Shown: positions 12,501-24,099 of the stretch, in pieces
Numbering within the stretch: position 1 is the stretch's first letter
Layout of the letters: the number at the start of each line of letters is the position of its first letter
Assembly: GCA_020137815.1 (NCBI GenBank)
Contig: CM035350.1
Span: 7,192,001 to 7,256,000 of the forward strand
Source of the DNA: Hormiphora californensis
Taxonomy: Eukaryota > Animalia > Ctenophora
DNA: 64,000 nt
Direction of reading: 5' to 3'
The notes under the pieces: model-generated
The model's input: the letters and a program-made list of their open reading frames with translations, nothing else
Databases searched by the model: none
What the model was told of the DNA's origin: nothing
Made by a program: the position numbers and the translations under genes

Positions 12501-15500
12501 GGAACAACGGTCAAACCGATCATCTATCCCCAATAGACAAAATGCCATGACATATTCAATCTTCCATAGTGCCACAGTTTATTCTTGCGTAAAGCGGCAA
12601 CTGGAGTAATGCCTAAACTCATTGCCTGTGAGACCATAGAGCAGGCATGTGAAGGTTCCCACCATGCTAGTCCAACCCAAAAATATCCAAGGAAGACGCT
12701 AAAACCGGCAGCTTGACTCTATCTGATACCGTTCTCTCACAATAACCCAGTCCAGATCAATATTGGATGACCTAATACTAGCAGGGGGGGGGGTACCCCT
12801 CACTAGCTGAGTACATATTAGTCATTCGAACAGATGATATATACGATATTCTCCTATTTTCCAAATGATGTGTTTTCCGCTTACGGTTATAAAAATAAGG
12901 GAGACTAGGGGAGGGTAAGTAATGAGGGCTTGTAGGCATAGACCACCACCACATGGGAGTCGTTGTGCTATCGAAATCCGGCCCCGATGAGATATGGAAG
13001 TTGGTCACCAACTGCTCCACTTCGAACTCAAAGAGATCCTGATTGAGTTCCATTACCTCATCAACCAATACCTCCAGACCATACAAGCAATCGTTGATGA
13101 AGTCCCGCTGAAATTGTTGTTAGAATATATAGACAGCTGGTACATACATATTGAATTGGTAATTAGGAATACAGTCGGACCCCGATTTAGTGGCATCGTC
13201 GGGGGAAAAAATCCTGCCACTAAATCGGGGTGCCACTAAATCGGGGTCCGACTGTATATCTTACATGTGTTAACTCTGTGTATAAGATCGACTTTTTTTC
13301 CTCCTTGAGTCTCTCGTCCACCTTATCTTCAACAATCCTTGGCATTGCTTCCTCTGCTGCTCCCACTACACTCCCAAAGTACTCATCAGAACCCTGGAAA
13401 TAATTACAATTAATCAGGAAACGACCGAACCGGGTTTTTTTCCACCGAACCGAACCGAACCGAATTTGAAAAACTTTTTTACCGAACCGAACCGAACCGA
13501 ACCGAACCGAATTTCGGTAACCGAACCGAACCGAACCATACAAAACTTTTTCTGTATAAATGTTTCTCTAAAAAGTCATGGAGAGCACCGATCAAGGTAT
13601 TGAGAATCATTCTCTGAAATTTTGTTAAAAAATGTTTGAAAAAATTTGTAAAAAAATTTTCAAAGTCAATTTTGTCGTAAATTTTCTATGTCAATTTTTG
13701 CGTACGAATCGTGTTTCGAATCGGCAATGCTATACGGGAATGGTATTGCTAATTAGCAGGATTAAACCAACCATGAATCGTGTCTCTCTAAATTTCCTAA
13801 TTAGATTTGATGGGGGATCACGTATCAGCACAATCCATCTCGGACCCACTAATTACCAACATCACTCCCGTTTAGCATTGTCGATTAGAAACACGATTCG
13901 TATACCATAATTTACTTAAAATATTTTTCACAAAAAAAATTTCACAAAATTTCAGGTAATGATTCTCAATACCTTGATCGGTGCTCTCCATGAATTTTTT
14001 GAAAAAAAAAGTTTCTGAATTTGTTGACCCTCTCATGAGGACACTATTCGACGGGAAGTCAGGTATCAAATCAATCCATATCGAACCCGCTAACTAGCGA
14101 AATCATTTCCACATAGCACTACCGATTCGAAATAGGGTTAATACGGCGAAATTGACATTGAAATCCATACAATTTTCGTGAAATAATTGAAAAATTTTGC
14201 ATGAAAAAGCCCGATTTCTGGGCATTTTTTGACCAAAAAATTCGGTGGTTCGGCCAAAATTTCCTACCGAACCGAACCGAACCGAACCGCCCAAAAAACA
14301 CCGAATTTCCGAACCGAACCGAACCGAACCGAATATTCGGTCGCTTCCTGCAATTAATTAACTTTAAATTAGCTCTACTATAGTTGCATTGTTTGAATAT
14401 GTTCGGGCAAGGGCAAAGGAGAAATCTGAAGACACTATCGTCTTCAACAGCCTATACCTATTACCTGGTAATCCTGGATTATAGATTGTCTCCCCTCTCC
14501 CAAATCATCGTTGATCTGCAAAATGTACTCAACCGATTCTTCATACTTGCACAACGTGTAATCCTTCATCTCCTTGGCTATGGAGTCAACCTGGAGAGAG
14601 AGAGAAAGAGGGAGATATTCAGAGAGATATATAGAGAAAGTTGCCTTGCTAGATTGTGTTTCACGCACCCCGTAAAGGTGGTTTAGAACATAAAAAAGAT
14701 AAAGATAGTCGGAGATATAGAGGGAGATAGTCGGAGATATAGAGACAGAGAGAGATATAGAGAGGGAGCAGGACGGTTTGGTTACCTTGTAGCCTTTATC
14801 TTGACAGACCAACATGGCGTCATTGTAACTATTGCAGTCCTTCCACTTCTTAGTTTTCTTTACCGTAGCCGGGTAGGATCCCAAGATGCTCTCGCACGTT
14901 TTCTTCTCCTTGTTTTTCTTGCCTGGTGATGACGTATTAAACAGTGACTCGATCCACACGATAGTGCAACGAAGTTTTCCAACAGTTGTTGGTCAATTAA
15001 TGTATAGCATAACATGTAAAGTTCAAACCTGCTTCAGTTAGAGGGGGTAGCGTTGAGAGAAGGGACAACAGAACAATCAAAAGTAAAGGCATTTTGAAAT
15101 GGGAATTAGCGTGCATTTACTCCTTTACTTTAGATCATGACGTGTCCTGCAGTCACATATTGGAAGGGGAATTGTTTGGCCCATTACTTGACTACCACGC
15201 TCTCTGTGAGTCCAGGGTTGTGTTACCTGATCTTTCTATCTCAGTACCTACGAAGGAGGAGCTCTCTGCAGTAGAGACCATCATACCACTCAGTCCTAAT
15301 ACTCTGTATAATATGCATAGTAATGAAGTAGATGGATACAGGATAAAGTAAAAAAATGATATTGTCTAGCTAGTTAAACATGCCCCCACGGGTAATGAAG
15401 ATTGGTTACGAAATAACCCCTTTGCGCTGGCAAGGGAGGGGTAACTTCGTAATGAAGGGGTCTGCAGAACCTGTTTTATCATCCAGCTTGGTGAGAATGG

Positions 15501-18084
15501 CAACAAACTGATAACACACGGTGTCACATTTCAAATTATATTTCCTGTCCAGCTTGCTTTTCAAATGGAGGCATGATGGAGAAGTACCTAGTAGTGCCAG
15601 TGGGGGTGGTTAGTGGTTACTGGTTATAGAATTGTGAGTGGTTACATAATAGGAAGTGGTTACATAATTGGAAGTGGTTACATAATTGGAAGTGGTTACA
15701 TAATTGGGAGTGGTTACATAAATGGGAGTGGTTATTTGGTTGATATCCCGGTGATATAATTGGGCTTCACTAATAAATGGAGATCTAACACAAGCTCCCT
15801 CTTTCAGTGTTTCAGCGAATACAGCTATTTACATGTGTGCCTGTGCGGCAGTGTTTCTCATCTCCATCCCAGTTCTTCGGGAGAAGATTACCCCTATAAA
15901 GGTACTGGTTACGAAGTCACCCCTGTTATTATATTGCAATAATAACAGAGGGGTAATTTCATTACCAAATAAATGTACTTGCGTCATTTTACCCCATCCC
16001 TGGTACATGCATTGCCAATCGGCCAATCGTTATTATGAGCCTAAAAGAGTTAATACCCTTCTTATCCTGTTATAGTATATCTAATATTTCCGTTTATTGT
16101 TCCCCTCTCTCTTTAATCTTTTCCTCATTATCCCTTTTTCACTCCTCCATATTATCAATCGAATCTCCTACTGCAGCTTCTATCACACACCTACCACACC
16201 CCAATCACACTATATCACACCCAATCACACTATATCACACCCCAACCACCCCAATCACACCCAGACCACCCCATACAGGTTGGTGCTCTGCTAACATGCT
16301 GTTCTGGAATCGTCTTGGTGTCCATGTTCTCCAGTACTGAACAGAGTGACATCAAACCGAACACAACCATGACTGATAATCTTCTGGACCTTGAGAAGGG
16401 AAAGGAAACGAAGGGAACAGCTCTAGGATATATTGTATGTTTTAAAAAAAGTTATAGTCTTGTTTTGTGCCATGTGCATTACAGTCTGCCCCGATTTACC
16501 GGCATGCTTGGGGGAAAGAGTTTGGCCCGGTAAATCGGGGGCGGGTAATTCAGGGTCTGACAACGCATGTAATAAAAAGACTGAAATCCCCCTCAGCTGG
16601 TGTTAATATCAATGTTCCTGTATGCTAGTTACGAGGTGTTCTATGGGTATCTCCTACAGACAGACCAAGACAAGGTAATAGGGATTTTATCCAGATTTAG
16701 AGAGTGTTTAGACATAACTTTTTGATGATGTATTCACCTCCATTACTAACACTGCAGCCCCCTTACTAACAGTGCAGCTCCCCTCTACTCTCTATTATTA
16801 TACTAACAATCCCTCCCCCCTCCATATCCAGCATCCCGCTATGACGTCACTCAAGTTTGTGGGATATCTTGGACTGACAACACCCGTTATATTTGGTATC
16901 TGTCTGCCTATCTGGCACTTTACAGGGTGGGAGACACTGGAGCTACCGTCACAGGAGAAAGTGGGTCTCTTCCTGCTTTCCATCATATTGGATGCAGTGT
17001 TTAACATCTTCCTTCTGTTGGCTATCGCTCTTTCCAATCCAACACTCGCTAGGTTAGAAACAGAGAGAAATATAAACATATTATATATTATATGAGCAAC
17101 ATGGAAATGACAATTTTGTAATTCAGAAACCACAAGACATGTTTAACACCCCTTTTCTTAGTGTTGGCCAGTCTCTGGCCCTTCCTGGATCGATGGTTGC
17201 TGACTTCATTTTACATCATTTCCTGCTGCCCTGGCCTGCTCTAGTTGGGGCAGGATGCGTTGCAGTTGGGTTCTTTGGCTTCGTCTACGAGGAAATGAAA
17301 CATGATAGGTGAGAATAACATGGTATCACATACTGTCATTGTGCAACCTGCTTTTATCTGACAAGCCCCTCTTGTCACATGAGAGGGGAGGAGGAGAGAA
17401 ATACTAAGAAATGCCACACACACGGAAGGAGGTGAAACCATTCGCCTCCCATGTCACAATATTTATACTGCGGAGACATGTAGGGAGCGCGCGAAGTAGT
17501 TTTGGATGGAAGCGTGGCGCGAGGCCCACGCACTAACGGCGTCCGGGTCTGTCTGGCGCCGCGGACCCAATCTCAGATTCAGATCCGGGTTACCTTGCTT
17601 CAAGCAAGTTCAAAGTTGCTTGAGCCTCTCTCGGGCTGTCTGACGTCGCCAACCTCATCTGAGTGCACTGTCAGAATCAAATTGGGATCTGGCGCCGCCA
17701 GACAGCTCTCGGGTCACTTTGGCCACGTACTACGTAGCTTTTGATAGTGACAACCTTTTCCTAACCCCAAACCGAATGTCTCAATTTCTGTTCATCATCA
17801 GCTAGCCGAATCATAACAACTCAACCCACAAATTCAGTGGCACCTTCACTCCGCTGATCATGATAATGGTTCCACGGAGTTGTTTGTAAGACAGCAGTAA
17901 AATCAACACCCTGATATCTCGACTATTTCCCACATCCCCCTCTCTCCAAATCAAACAACTCCCTAAACTCTTCCCAATAACTTACAACCCTCTCTTTCTC
18001 AGTTCGAACGGACCCGGCCAGCCGGAGGACGAACAAGGGCTGTTAGAAACAGAGGAATCATGTGACGACGGGTCCCCAAACTAG
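9578..18084 (+). CDS. SLC35F-family (DMT/EamA) transporter; exons 9578-9713, [9792-9859 or 9989-10056], 10212-10349, 15808-15901, 16279-16434, 16597-16674, 16832-17052, 17162-17308, 18003-18084; first exon not identified
   Basis: All GT-AG junctions join in frame: ..DWVVLAEMLQKL..YDK|PMF..|..GYTWYMSLPITS|VSANTAIY..LREKITPIK|VGALL..|..TGWETLELP..FNIFLLLAIALSNPTLAS|VGQSLALPGSMVAD.. These are SLC35F3/4/5-type motifs. Confidence 0.88.
10350..10442. repeat. Short-period minisatellite (gaggtacatgc / gagaacacgt) at the start of the intron
   Basis: Direct tandem copies. Confidence 0.85.
10739..15305 (-). CDS. Multi-exon orphan gene nested antisense in the SLC35F intron; possible C-terminal C2-like domain; one apparent 1-nt frameshift at about 11782
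   Basis: Chain of GT-AG exons (approximately 15305-15227, 14922-14785, 14590-14466, 13393-13265, 13107-12885, 11852-11757, 11627-11510, 11398-11230, 11130-10739) joining in frame except at ATGGATC. Exon ends are approximate. Confidence 0.65.
11150..11197. repeat. 10-bp tandem repeat (agttacactt)n
   Basis: About five direct copies. Confidence 0.9.
11869..12777. mobile_element. Non-autonomous mariner-like foldback element, family B (about 190-bp TIRs)
   Basis: TA-TTAGGTCATCCAATATTG...CAATATTGGATGACCTAA-TA, with a YYAGGT mariner-type terminus. Diverged sibling at 37701-38600. Confidence 0.9.
13170..13256. mobile_element. Short MITE, family C (TA-CAGTCGGACCCCGATTTAG)
   Basis: TIR and TA flanks; CAGT terminus as in Tc1/pogo elements. 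Longer copy at 22740-22901 and a degenerate copy at about 16480-16560. Confidence 0.9.
13415..14350. mobile_element. Non-autonomous hAT element with (CCGAA)n subterminal repeats
   Basis: TIR CAGGAAACGACCGA / TCGGTCGCTTCCTG and a perfect 8-bp TSD CAATTAAT (13407-13414 and 14351-14358). Confidence 0.92.
15635..15735. repeat. 18-bp minisatellite (gtggttacataattggaa)
   Basis: Direct tandem copies. Confidence 0.85.
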
Positions 18085-18947
18085 AACCGACCTCCCTGGG
18101 TGCTGGAGAGAAAGAGGATGCCACGGTGATTGATGGTCCTGTTCTACTGATGGCACAGGAGAGGTCGGATATTGCAAACACAAGTTTATAAAACATTTCA
18201 GTTCTCTCTCTCATTTGTTATTTTCTGTGTTTACTGCACATGACACGGGGGTGGGGTAGTGACACTTTTTTGGATTTGTGTGTATGTTGACTCTCTTGAC
18301 ATGGCTCCTGTAATAGCAGGTCCTTAAATTCTGTGTGTGTAATCTGTAAAGTGTATGTGACGTGTAGAAAGAGTTTCAGGGTTAAACTAATATGTATTCT
18401 GCCTTGAAAAATAATCACAGTATGGTTCTAAAAATGGGTTACTTTGCATATAGGGTTGCCTACACGAATACTACTTTTGTAAATGGTTGACTCCTTTGTG
18501 TTGTTGTGTTAAATTGTTTTTACCAGTCTTAAGATGTTTTCTTTATTTTGTTTTAATCCCTGCCTGGCAACACCAAGCAAGAAATCAAAACATGGCGGTG
18601 AATGAGACAAAGTTCGTTCAATCTGAAACTCAATTGCAGTTATTATTCATAATATGCCCCAAAATATACAGTTCAACTTCTCCTCTACCTCGCAGCCTAG
18701 CTGTAAATGTCAGAGCCTCTTTCATTTACAGCTGGTATACGGTGATAAGAGTCCAACATCACTTCTTTCGGCGCGCGTATTTTATTTGCGCGTCACTTGC
18801 CGCGCGTAAATTAAAAAACTTCAATACAAGAAAAAAAATTTGAAAGTTGCAAACGAATTTTTACACGAGTTAAAGTGTTGGCATGCGCTGCAGACCCCAA
18901 GTGCGCGCGTTTTCCACGGCTTCTAGGGCCTGTAGCATAGGCCAAGT

Positions 18948-19576
18948 TAAAGTGTAAAGTCCGATTTTTTGAAACTGTCACCCCCTAGAGTTTTCAAATT
19001 TTTTTAAATGACCATAAGTCCGGTTCCTGATGAGATAGAGACTTGAAATTTGGAAGTTACGAAGATCTTGCTAAGTTCTTCCGAACCTCCAAATTTCAAG
19101 TCTCTATCTTATCAGGAACCGGAGATATGACAAATTTTGTTATTTCAGGGGGTGACAGTTGCAAAAAATCCGAGTATAAGCGAAACTAAAACGAACCCCC
19201 TGCGCGGCTCAAATTGAACGTTTTTGGTCATAACTCCGTCAATTCTTAACCAAATTGCTTAAATTTGGGCTCGTTGGAAAGCCCTGAATGCCCTCTTGCC
19301 AATGAACCCAAGATTGTGCAATTTGGTCAAGAATTGACGGAGTTATGACCAAAAACGACCGAATGTACTTTTTCAGCACTATTTAGTATGTTTTTGGTCA
19401 TAACTCCGTCAATTCTTGACCAAATTGCATAAACCTGGGTTTATTGGAAAGAGGACATTCAGGGCTTTCTAACGAGCTCAAATTTAAGCGATTTGGTTGA
19501 GAATTGACGGAGTTATGACCAAAAACGTTCAATTTGAGCCGCGCAGGGGGTTCGTTTTAGTTTCGCTTACACTTTA
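18948..19576. mobile_element. Double-hairpin MITE (TAAAGTGTAAGCGAAACTAAAACG...) with a family-A MITE inserted in its left TIR
   Basis: The right end ...TTTCGCTTACACTTTA is the reverse complement of taaagtgTA + agcgaaac, which are separated by the family-A copy at 18955-19178. Confidence 0.85.
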
Positions 19577-19779
19577 TACTCCATTTTTTTTCAACTGTTC
19601 ACCCCCCAAAGTCGTGCGCGGAATTGTTTTGCGCGTTTATCACATGTTAACGTGTAGCGCGCGCAGCGTAAATTAAAATATCGCACACGCACGAGTTGGA
19701 GGGTGAACAGTTGAATAAAAATGGACTTTAAAATATTTAACGTAAATCCGCATTTTATCACCAAAACGGTCACCTATAA

Positions 19780-21054
19780 TACTGTGTGTTTTTAAATGAC
19801 TGAGACTGTTCAAATCGACATAGCGTCAAAAGTTGTGAATATTTTGCTCTGAAATTTTAGGACAAGGTAGATGGCTACCTGCCATTTATTGTACTCGAAT
19901 TTCAGCAAAATCGGTCGTTCCTGAATGAACCTGTAGCCCAAAAACCTCCTCTAACTTTGATCGCTCAGATCTCTGCAACCTGATGCGGTAGAGAGCTCAA
20001 ACTTTCACAATATGTTCATTAGACAATTTACTAACTTTTGGCTGCTTGGTTTGGCGATATCTTTTTTAGTTCCTTCGCAGGAACACGGCAAAGTGGTGTA
20101 AGTCGGCCTAATTGGGAGCATTTTTGCACTCAGGTATCACGTATCACGTGTCTTACTGGGGGTAATCAGCCCCCAGCCATGTGTTACACCGATTCTGTAA
20201 TTGGTTCTGAGTGTGGTAAAGTGTGGCACTTCGTCAGCAGACGTGATCATAGTGTCTGAAATTGGTCACAAGCTGAAATCCAGACAAACTTTTCTAACTC
20301 TCTTCCTTTACATTCTGCTGTCTCTCTCTCTTTCTTGTTACAAGGTCACGTGATTAGATGTGGAACATCTCGACATGATAACAACGTCTAGTGTCACCGA
20401 TTCTGCTGAGTATAACTCTCTCGTCATGACGAAGAAGATGTGACTCTCTTCCTTTCTCTCTATTTCTCTCGCTATCTCTTTCTCTCTCTCCCTCTCCCTC
20501 TCTCTTGTCATGACGAAGCGCCACGCTCTACCACACTCAGCACCACAGCTAGTCACGTGACCTTGTCAACGATTTCAGACACTATGATCACGTCTGCTGA
20601 CGAAGTGCCACACTTAACCACACTCAGAACCAATTACAGAATCGGTGTAACACATGGCTGGGGGCTGATTACCCCCAGTAAGACACGTGATACGTGATAC
20701 CTGAGTGCAAAAATGCTCCCAATTAGGCCGACTTACACCACTTTGCCGTGTTCCTGCGAAGGAACTAAAAAAGATATCGCCAAACCAAGCAGCCAAAAGT
20801 TAGTAAATTGTCTAATGAACATATTGTGAAAGTTTGAGCTCTCTACCGCATCAGGTTGCAGAGATCTGAGCGATCAAAGTTAGAGGAGGTTTTTGGGCTA
20901 CAGGTTCATTCAGGAACGACCGATTTTGCTGAAATTCGAGTACAATAAATGGCAGGTAGCCATCTACCTTGTCCTAAAATTTCAGAGCAAAATATTCACA
21001 ACTTTTGACGCTATGTCGATTTGAACAGTCTCAGTCATTTAAAAACACACAGTA
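19780..21054. mobile_element. Large foldback element with near-identical arms of about 480 bp, TA-flanked, Tc1/mariner-like
   Basis: TA-CTGTGTGTTTTTAAATGACTGAGAC...GTCTCAGTCATTTAAAAACACACAG-TA. Mirror ORFs at 20038(+) and 20796(-). Confidence 0.95.
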
Positions 21055-21943
21055 GTTCTAAGGCCTAAGCTGCATATGCAACTTGCATATGCAGCTAATG
21101 CGACCCTGGAAATTGGAGTCAGCCGCGCCAGACAGTCGATCAAAATTCAAAACATGTCATGTGGAGCAGACCTGAACATTCATGGGGGTTCTCGTCCTGA
21201 AATCCTTCTAATTTTAAGCACTTTCGCCCCTCGAAAAGTTGGGCGAGACAGGACTGTCACTTTTATAATATGCTAATTTTACGAATTTGTAATGAATGTC
21301 TCCCTGGGCCTTGACCTAATGAATAATGATAACGCGTTATGTCGAATTGCTGGAATGCCCACCAAATGGCCGAGTCATGGCCGGCAGTTAATTTGTTTAT
21401 GTTCAGCCAGCAGCCTGCAGCCTTATGACATAATTGTGCCGTAAGAATACGTCACACCTTGCAAACTTTACAGCTGGTAAGAGTTAGATCGTGTCACATC
21501 ACTCTTTCTACCGTTACAGGTTTCTTATCTTCCCCTTTATCAGAAACTTTCCCAAGAATCTCTAAATGAGATAAATTGTTGATACATAAATTGTTCTCAG
21601 TTCTCACCTCATCATTTTCTCGCATCCACCACACATTACTAGCTTTTATATGATGGATCTCTAGTGACCAGAGATCCATCATATAAAAACTAGTAATGTG
21701 TGCTGGCATTTGTTTTCACAAGGTGTGTACTGCGTACCCCTACAGCTCCTTATTTACAATGAAAGATGTGTATATTGAAAGATCAAAGTTATTATATAAT
21801 ATATGATATTAATATTTTATACGCTAGCAAATGGGAAAGTATTTATATGATGTCAAAGAAATCCTGCTGCCCAACCCCTTTTAAAATCTTAGCTCAAAAG
21901 TTACAGAACAACTTACAAAAATTAGGGGTACTTTTGTCCCGTG

Positions 21944-22165
21944 ATGGTATCTTAACCCGTGAGGCGCCTCCAGTGGGCCCTCCACACATAATTTCAAATT
22001 TGATTGGGTTGTTGGCACTTTCCAGGTTGTCACGCACAGCGGGTTAGTTAACTTGCGGTGCGTGACAGCTTGGGAGTTAGTTAACCTGCGGTGCGTGAGA
22101 GCTTGCAAAGTGCTAACAACCCAATCAAAGTACGTGTGGAGGCCCCGTGCGGGTTAAGATACCAT
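21944..22165. mobile_element. Small palindromic MITE-like element
   Basis: ATGGTATCTTAACCCG ... CGGGTTAAGATACCAT plus inner inverted repeats. TSD not clear. Confidence 0.75.
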
Positions 22166-22179
22166 TGAGAGTATTTTTG

Positions 22180-22311
22180 GGTAATCCTGCTGCCCTACCC
22201 ATTTTCAAAATCTTATCTCAAAAGTAAGATCACCTATTTGTAATCGGGTAATCCTGCTGCCCTACCCATTTTCAAAATCTTATCTCAAAAGTAAGATCAC
22301 CTATTTGTAAT
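22180..22311. repeat. Direct tandem duplication of about 66 bp
   Basis: ggtaatcctgctgccctaccc...cacctatttgtaat occurs twice. Confidence 0.9.
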
Positions 22312-22739
22312 TATGATGCGTATAATTTAGTTAGGTGTGTTCGAAACTTTTGGTTGAAAAAGTTTTATATTTGCCATTGTGGTTTTGTAATAAAGCCTTT
22401 TGTAGAGTATTTATTCAATATGACATGACTGTATATGGCTAATGAAGTCAACTCCAGAAATCGTCCACCGTCATTTGTTATAATTCCTAGTGTCGACACT
22501 AGTAGCACAATAATAATTGTTGACGTCTTGAATCTATCAGTTTAAAACTGAAAGTTTACCGGTTTCCCAATACAACCCCTCCAGTTATGCGAAACTACTA
22601 TCGGTTTAAAATGTCCTGATATTTTAACATTTTGTATTTTGTTTTTTCAATTTCAGAGGCAGCCGGTCAGGCCATAATATTATTGCAATACTTAGCAAGT
22701 ATGTATAACAATTAGCAGACACCAAAAACATTAGTTATA

Positions 22740-22901
22740 TACAGTCGGACCCCGATTTAGGGACACCCTCGGGGGAAAGGCTCTTGTCCACTAAATCGGG
22801 GTGTCCACTAAATCGGGGTCAAATAAGGTTAATTTCCTATATCGGGGGAAAAAAAATCCTGTCCATAAATCGGGGTGCCGCTAAATCGGGGTCCGACTGT
22901 A
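22740..22901. mobile_element. MITE family C, longer copy
   Basis: TA-CAGTCGGACCCCGATTTAG ... CTAAATCGGGGTCCGACTG-TA. Confidence 0.9.
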
Positions 22902-23080
22902 TAAACAATGATAGATATTTATATCTAGGTATCTATTGTTTATAAACAATGATTTGTTATTTCATAGAAATCCCTTGTTCATTATACCTAAATAATTTTA
23001 ACTGTGAGATTATTTTCAAAACAATTCAATGTTTTCATAACATTATCTCTCTCTCCTTTAGCCGTCAGCTATAATCCATC

Positions 23081-23534
23081 ATGACAATTAGTCTTCTACC
23101 AAAGTGCTTTGCTATGCTAAAAGGACATGGGTCACCCGGTATATTGGATTTACCAACTCTTCCCCTTGACAAGGTATGTAAACTAGTTTCATTTTATTAT
23201 TATGAGTTAGTGTAGCGGCTTTTTCACCACCTCCAATTTGTTTCATTTGATACCTCCCCTCTTTAAAATCTTGAAGTTTCTACCCAGTTTTAAATCATGT
23301 TTTAATAGCACTCGCTCATGGCTCTTCGCCGCCAAACATTAAATTCCTTTTTTAGGAGGTTCCAGAATACGTTTTGCAGCGACGAGGAGCGATTTCTCTT
23401 GGTCTTACATCATCCCCCAAACTCGAAAAAGAACCAAATCGCCCTCGATTAACGGTTAGCATATTAAGCCTCTCCGTTTTGTGTTTTAATATTTTGTGGT
23501 TCCGCATGTTTCTCACTTTAAAAAACTAAAACCG

Positions 23535-23570
<36 letters not shown>

Positions 23571-23707
23571 CTCTCTCTCTCTCTCTCTCTCTTTCCTTCC
23601 CTCTCATACCACCGTTTAACCACTCTCTAATGACCACTAATTGCAGCGAAGAGGAGGCGTTTCCTTTGACGCTGAAGATGTTGAGGCAAAATATCTCCGA
23701 CTATTAG
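23081..23707 (+). CDS. PDE7: N-terminal exons of a cAMP phosphodiesterase 7 (PDE7A1-type); exons 23081-23173, 23356-23454, 23647-23707; downstream exons not found
   Basis: The spliced peptide ..DLPTLPLDK|EVPEYVLQRRGAISLG..PNRPRLT|RRGGVSFDAEDVEAKYLRLLG aligns with the human PDE7A1 N-terminus as recalled ([45 protein letters not shown]). Canonical splice sites, in frame. Confidence 0.85.
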
Positions 23708-24065
23708 GTGAGTAAAAAAGAGAACAAAATGAGAGTGTGTGGTTTATCGGCTAATTTCAATTCTGTCATATCCATGGAGCATGGCCATGGGAGAATAAAG
23801 CGACAGAGAGAGGAATAGAGAGAGAGAGTGAGGTAAGGAGAGCAAGAGGGGAAGGAGCAATAAAGAGGGGGAGTAGATGTTATTCTTCATTTTGTTATGA
23901 GCAATCATTAATCAAGAATTCTTCTCACAACATGTATGATCATGTGATCGTTTTAATTTCACTGATGGGACGATGGAAGTTGAAATGAAGTGGGAGTCCT
24001 ATGACCCTTGTTTAACCAACTAACCACTAACTCTCTCTAACCGCTCTCTCTAACTGACACACACA

Positions 24066-24099
<34 letters not shown>

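Noticed and set aside
13220-14383. FGSVR / TEPNR repeat ORFs
   Set aside because: These are translations of the (CCGAA)n repeats of the hAT element.
20038-20796. Mirror-image ORFs on both strands (also 37697/38655)
   Set aside because: They result from inverted arms and show no protein motifs.
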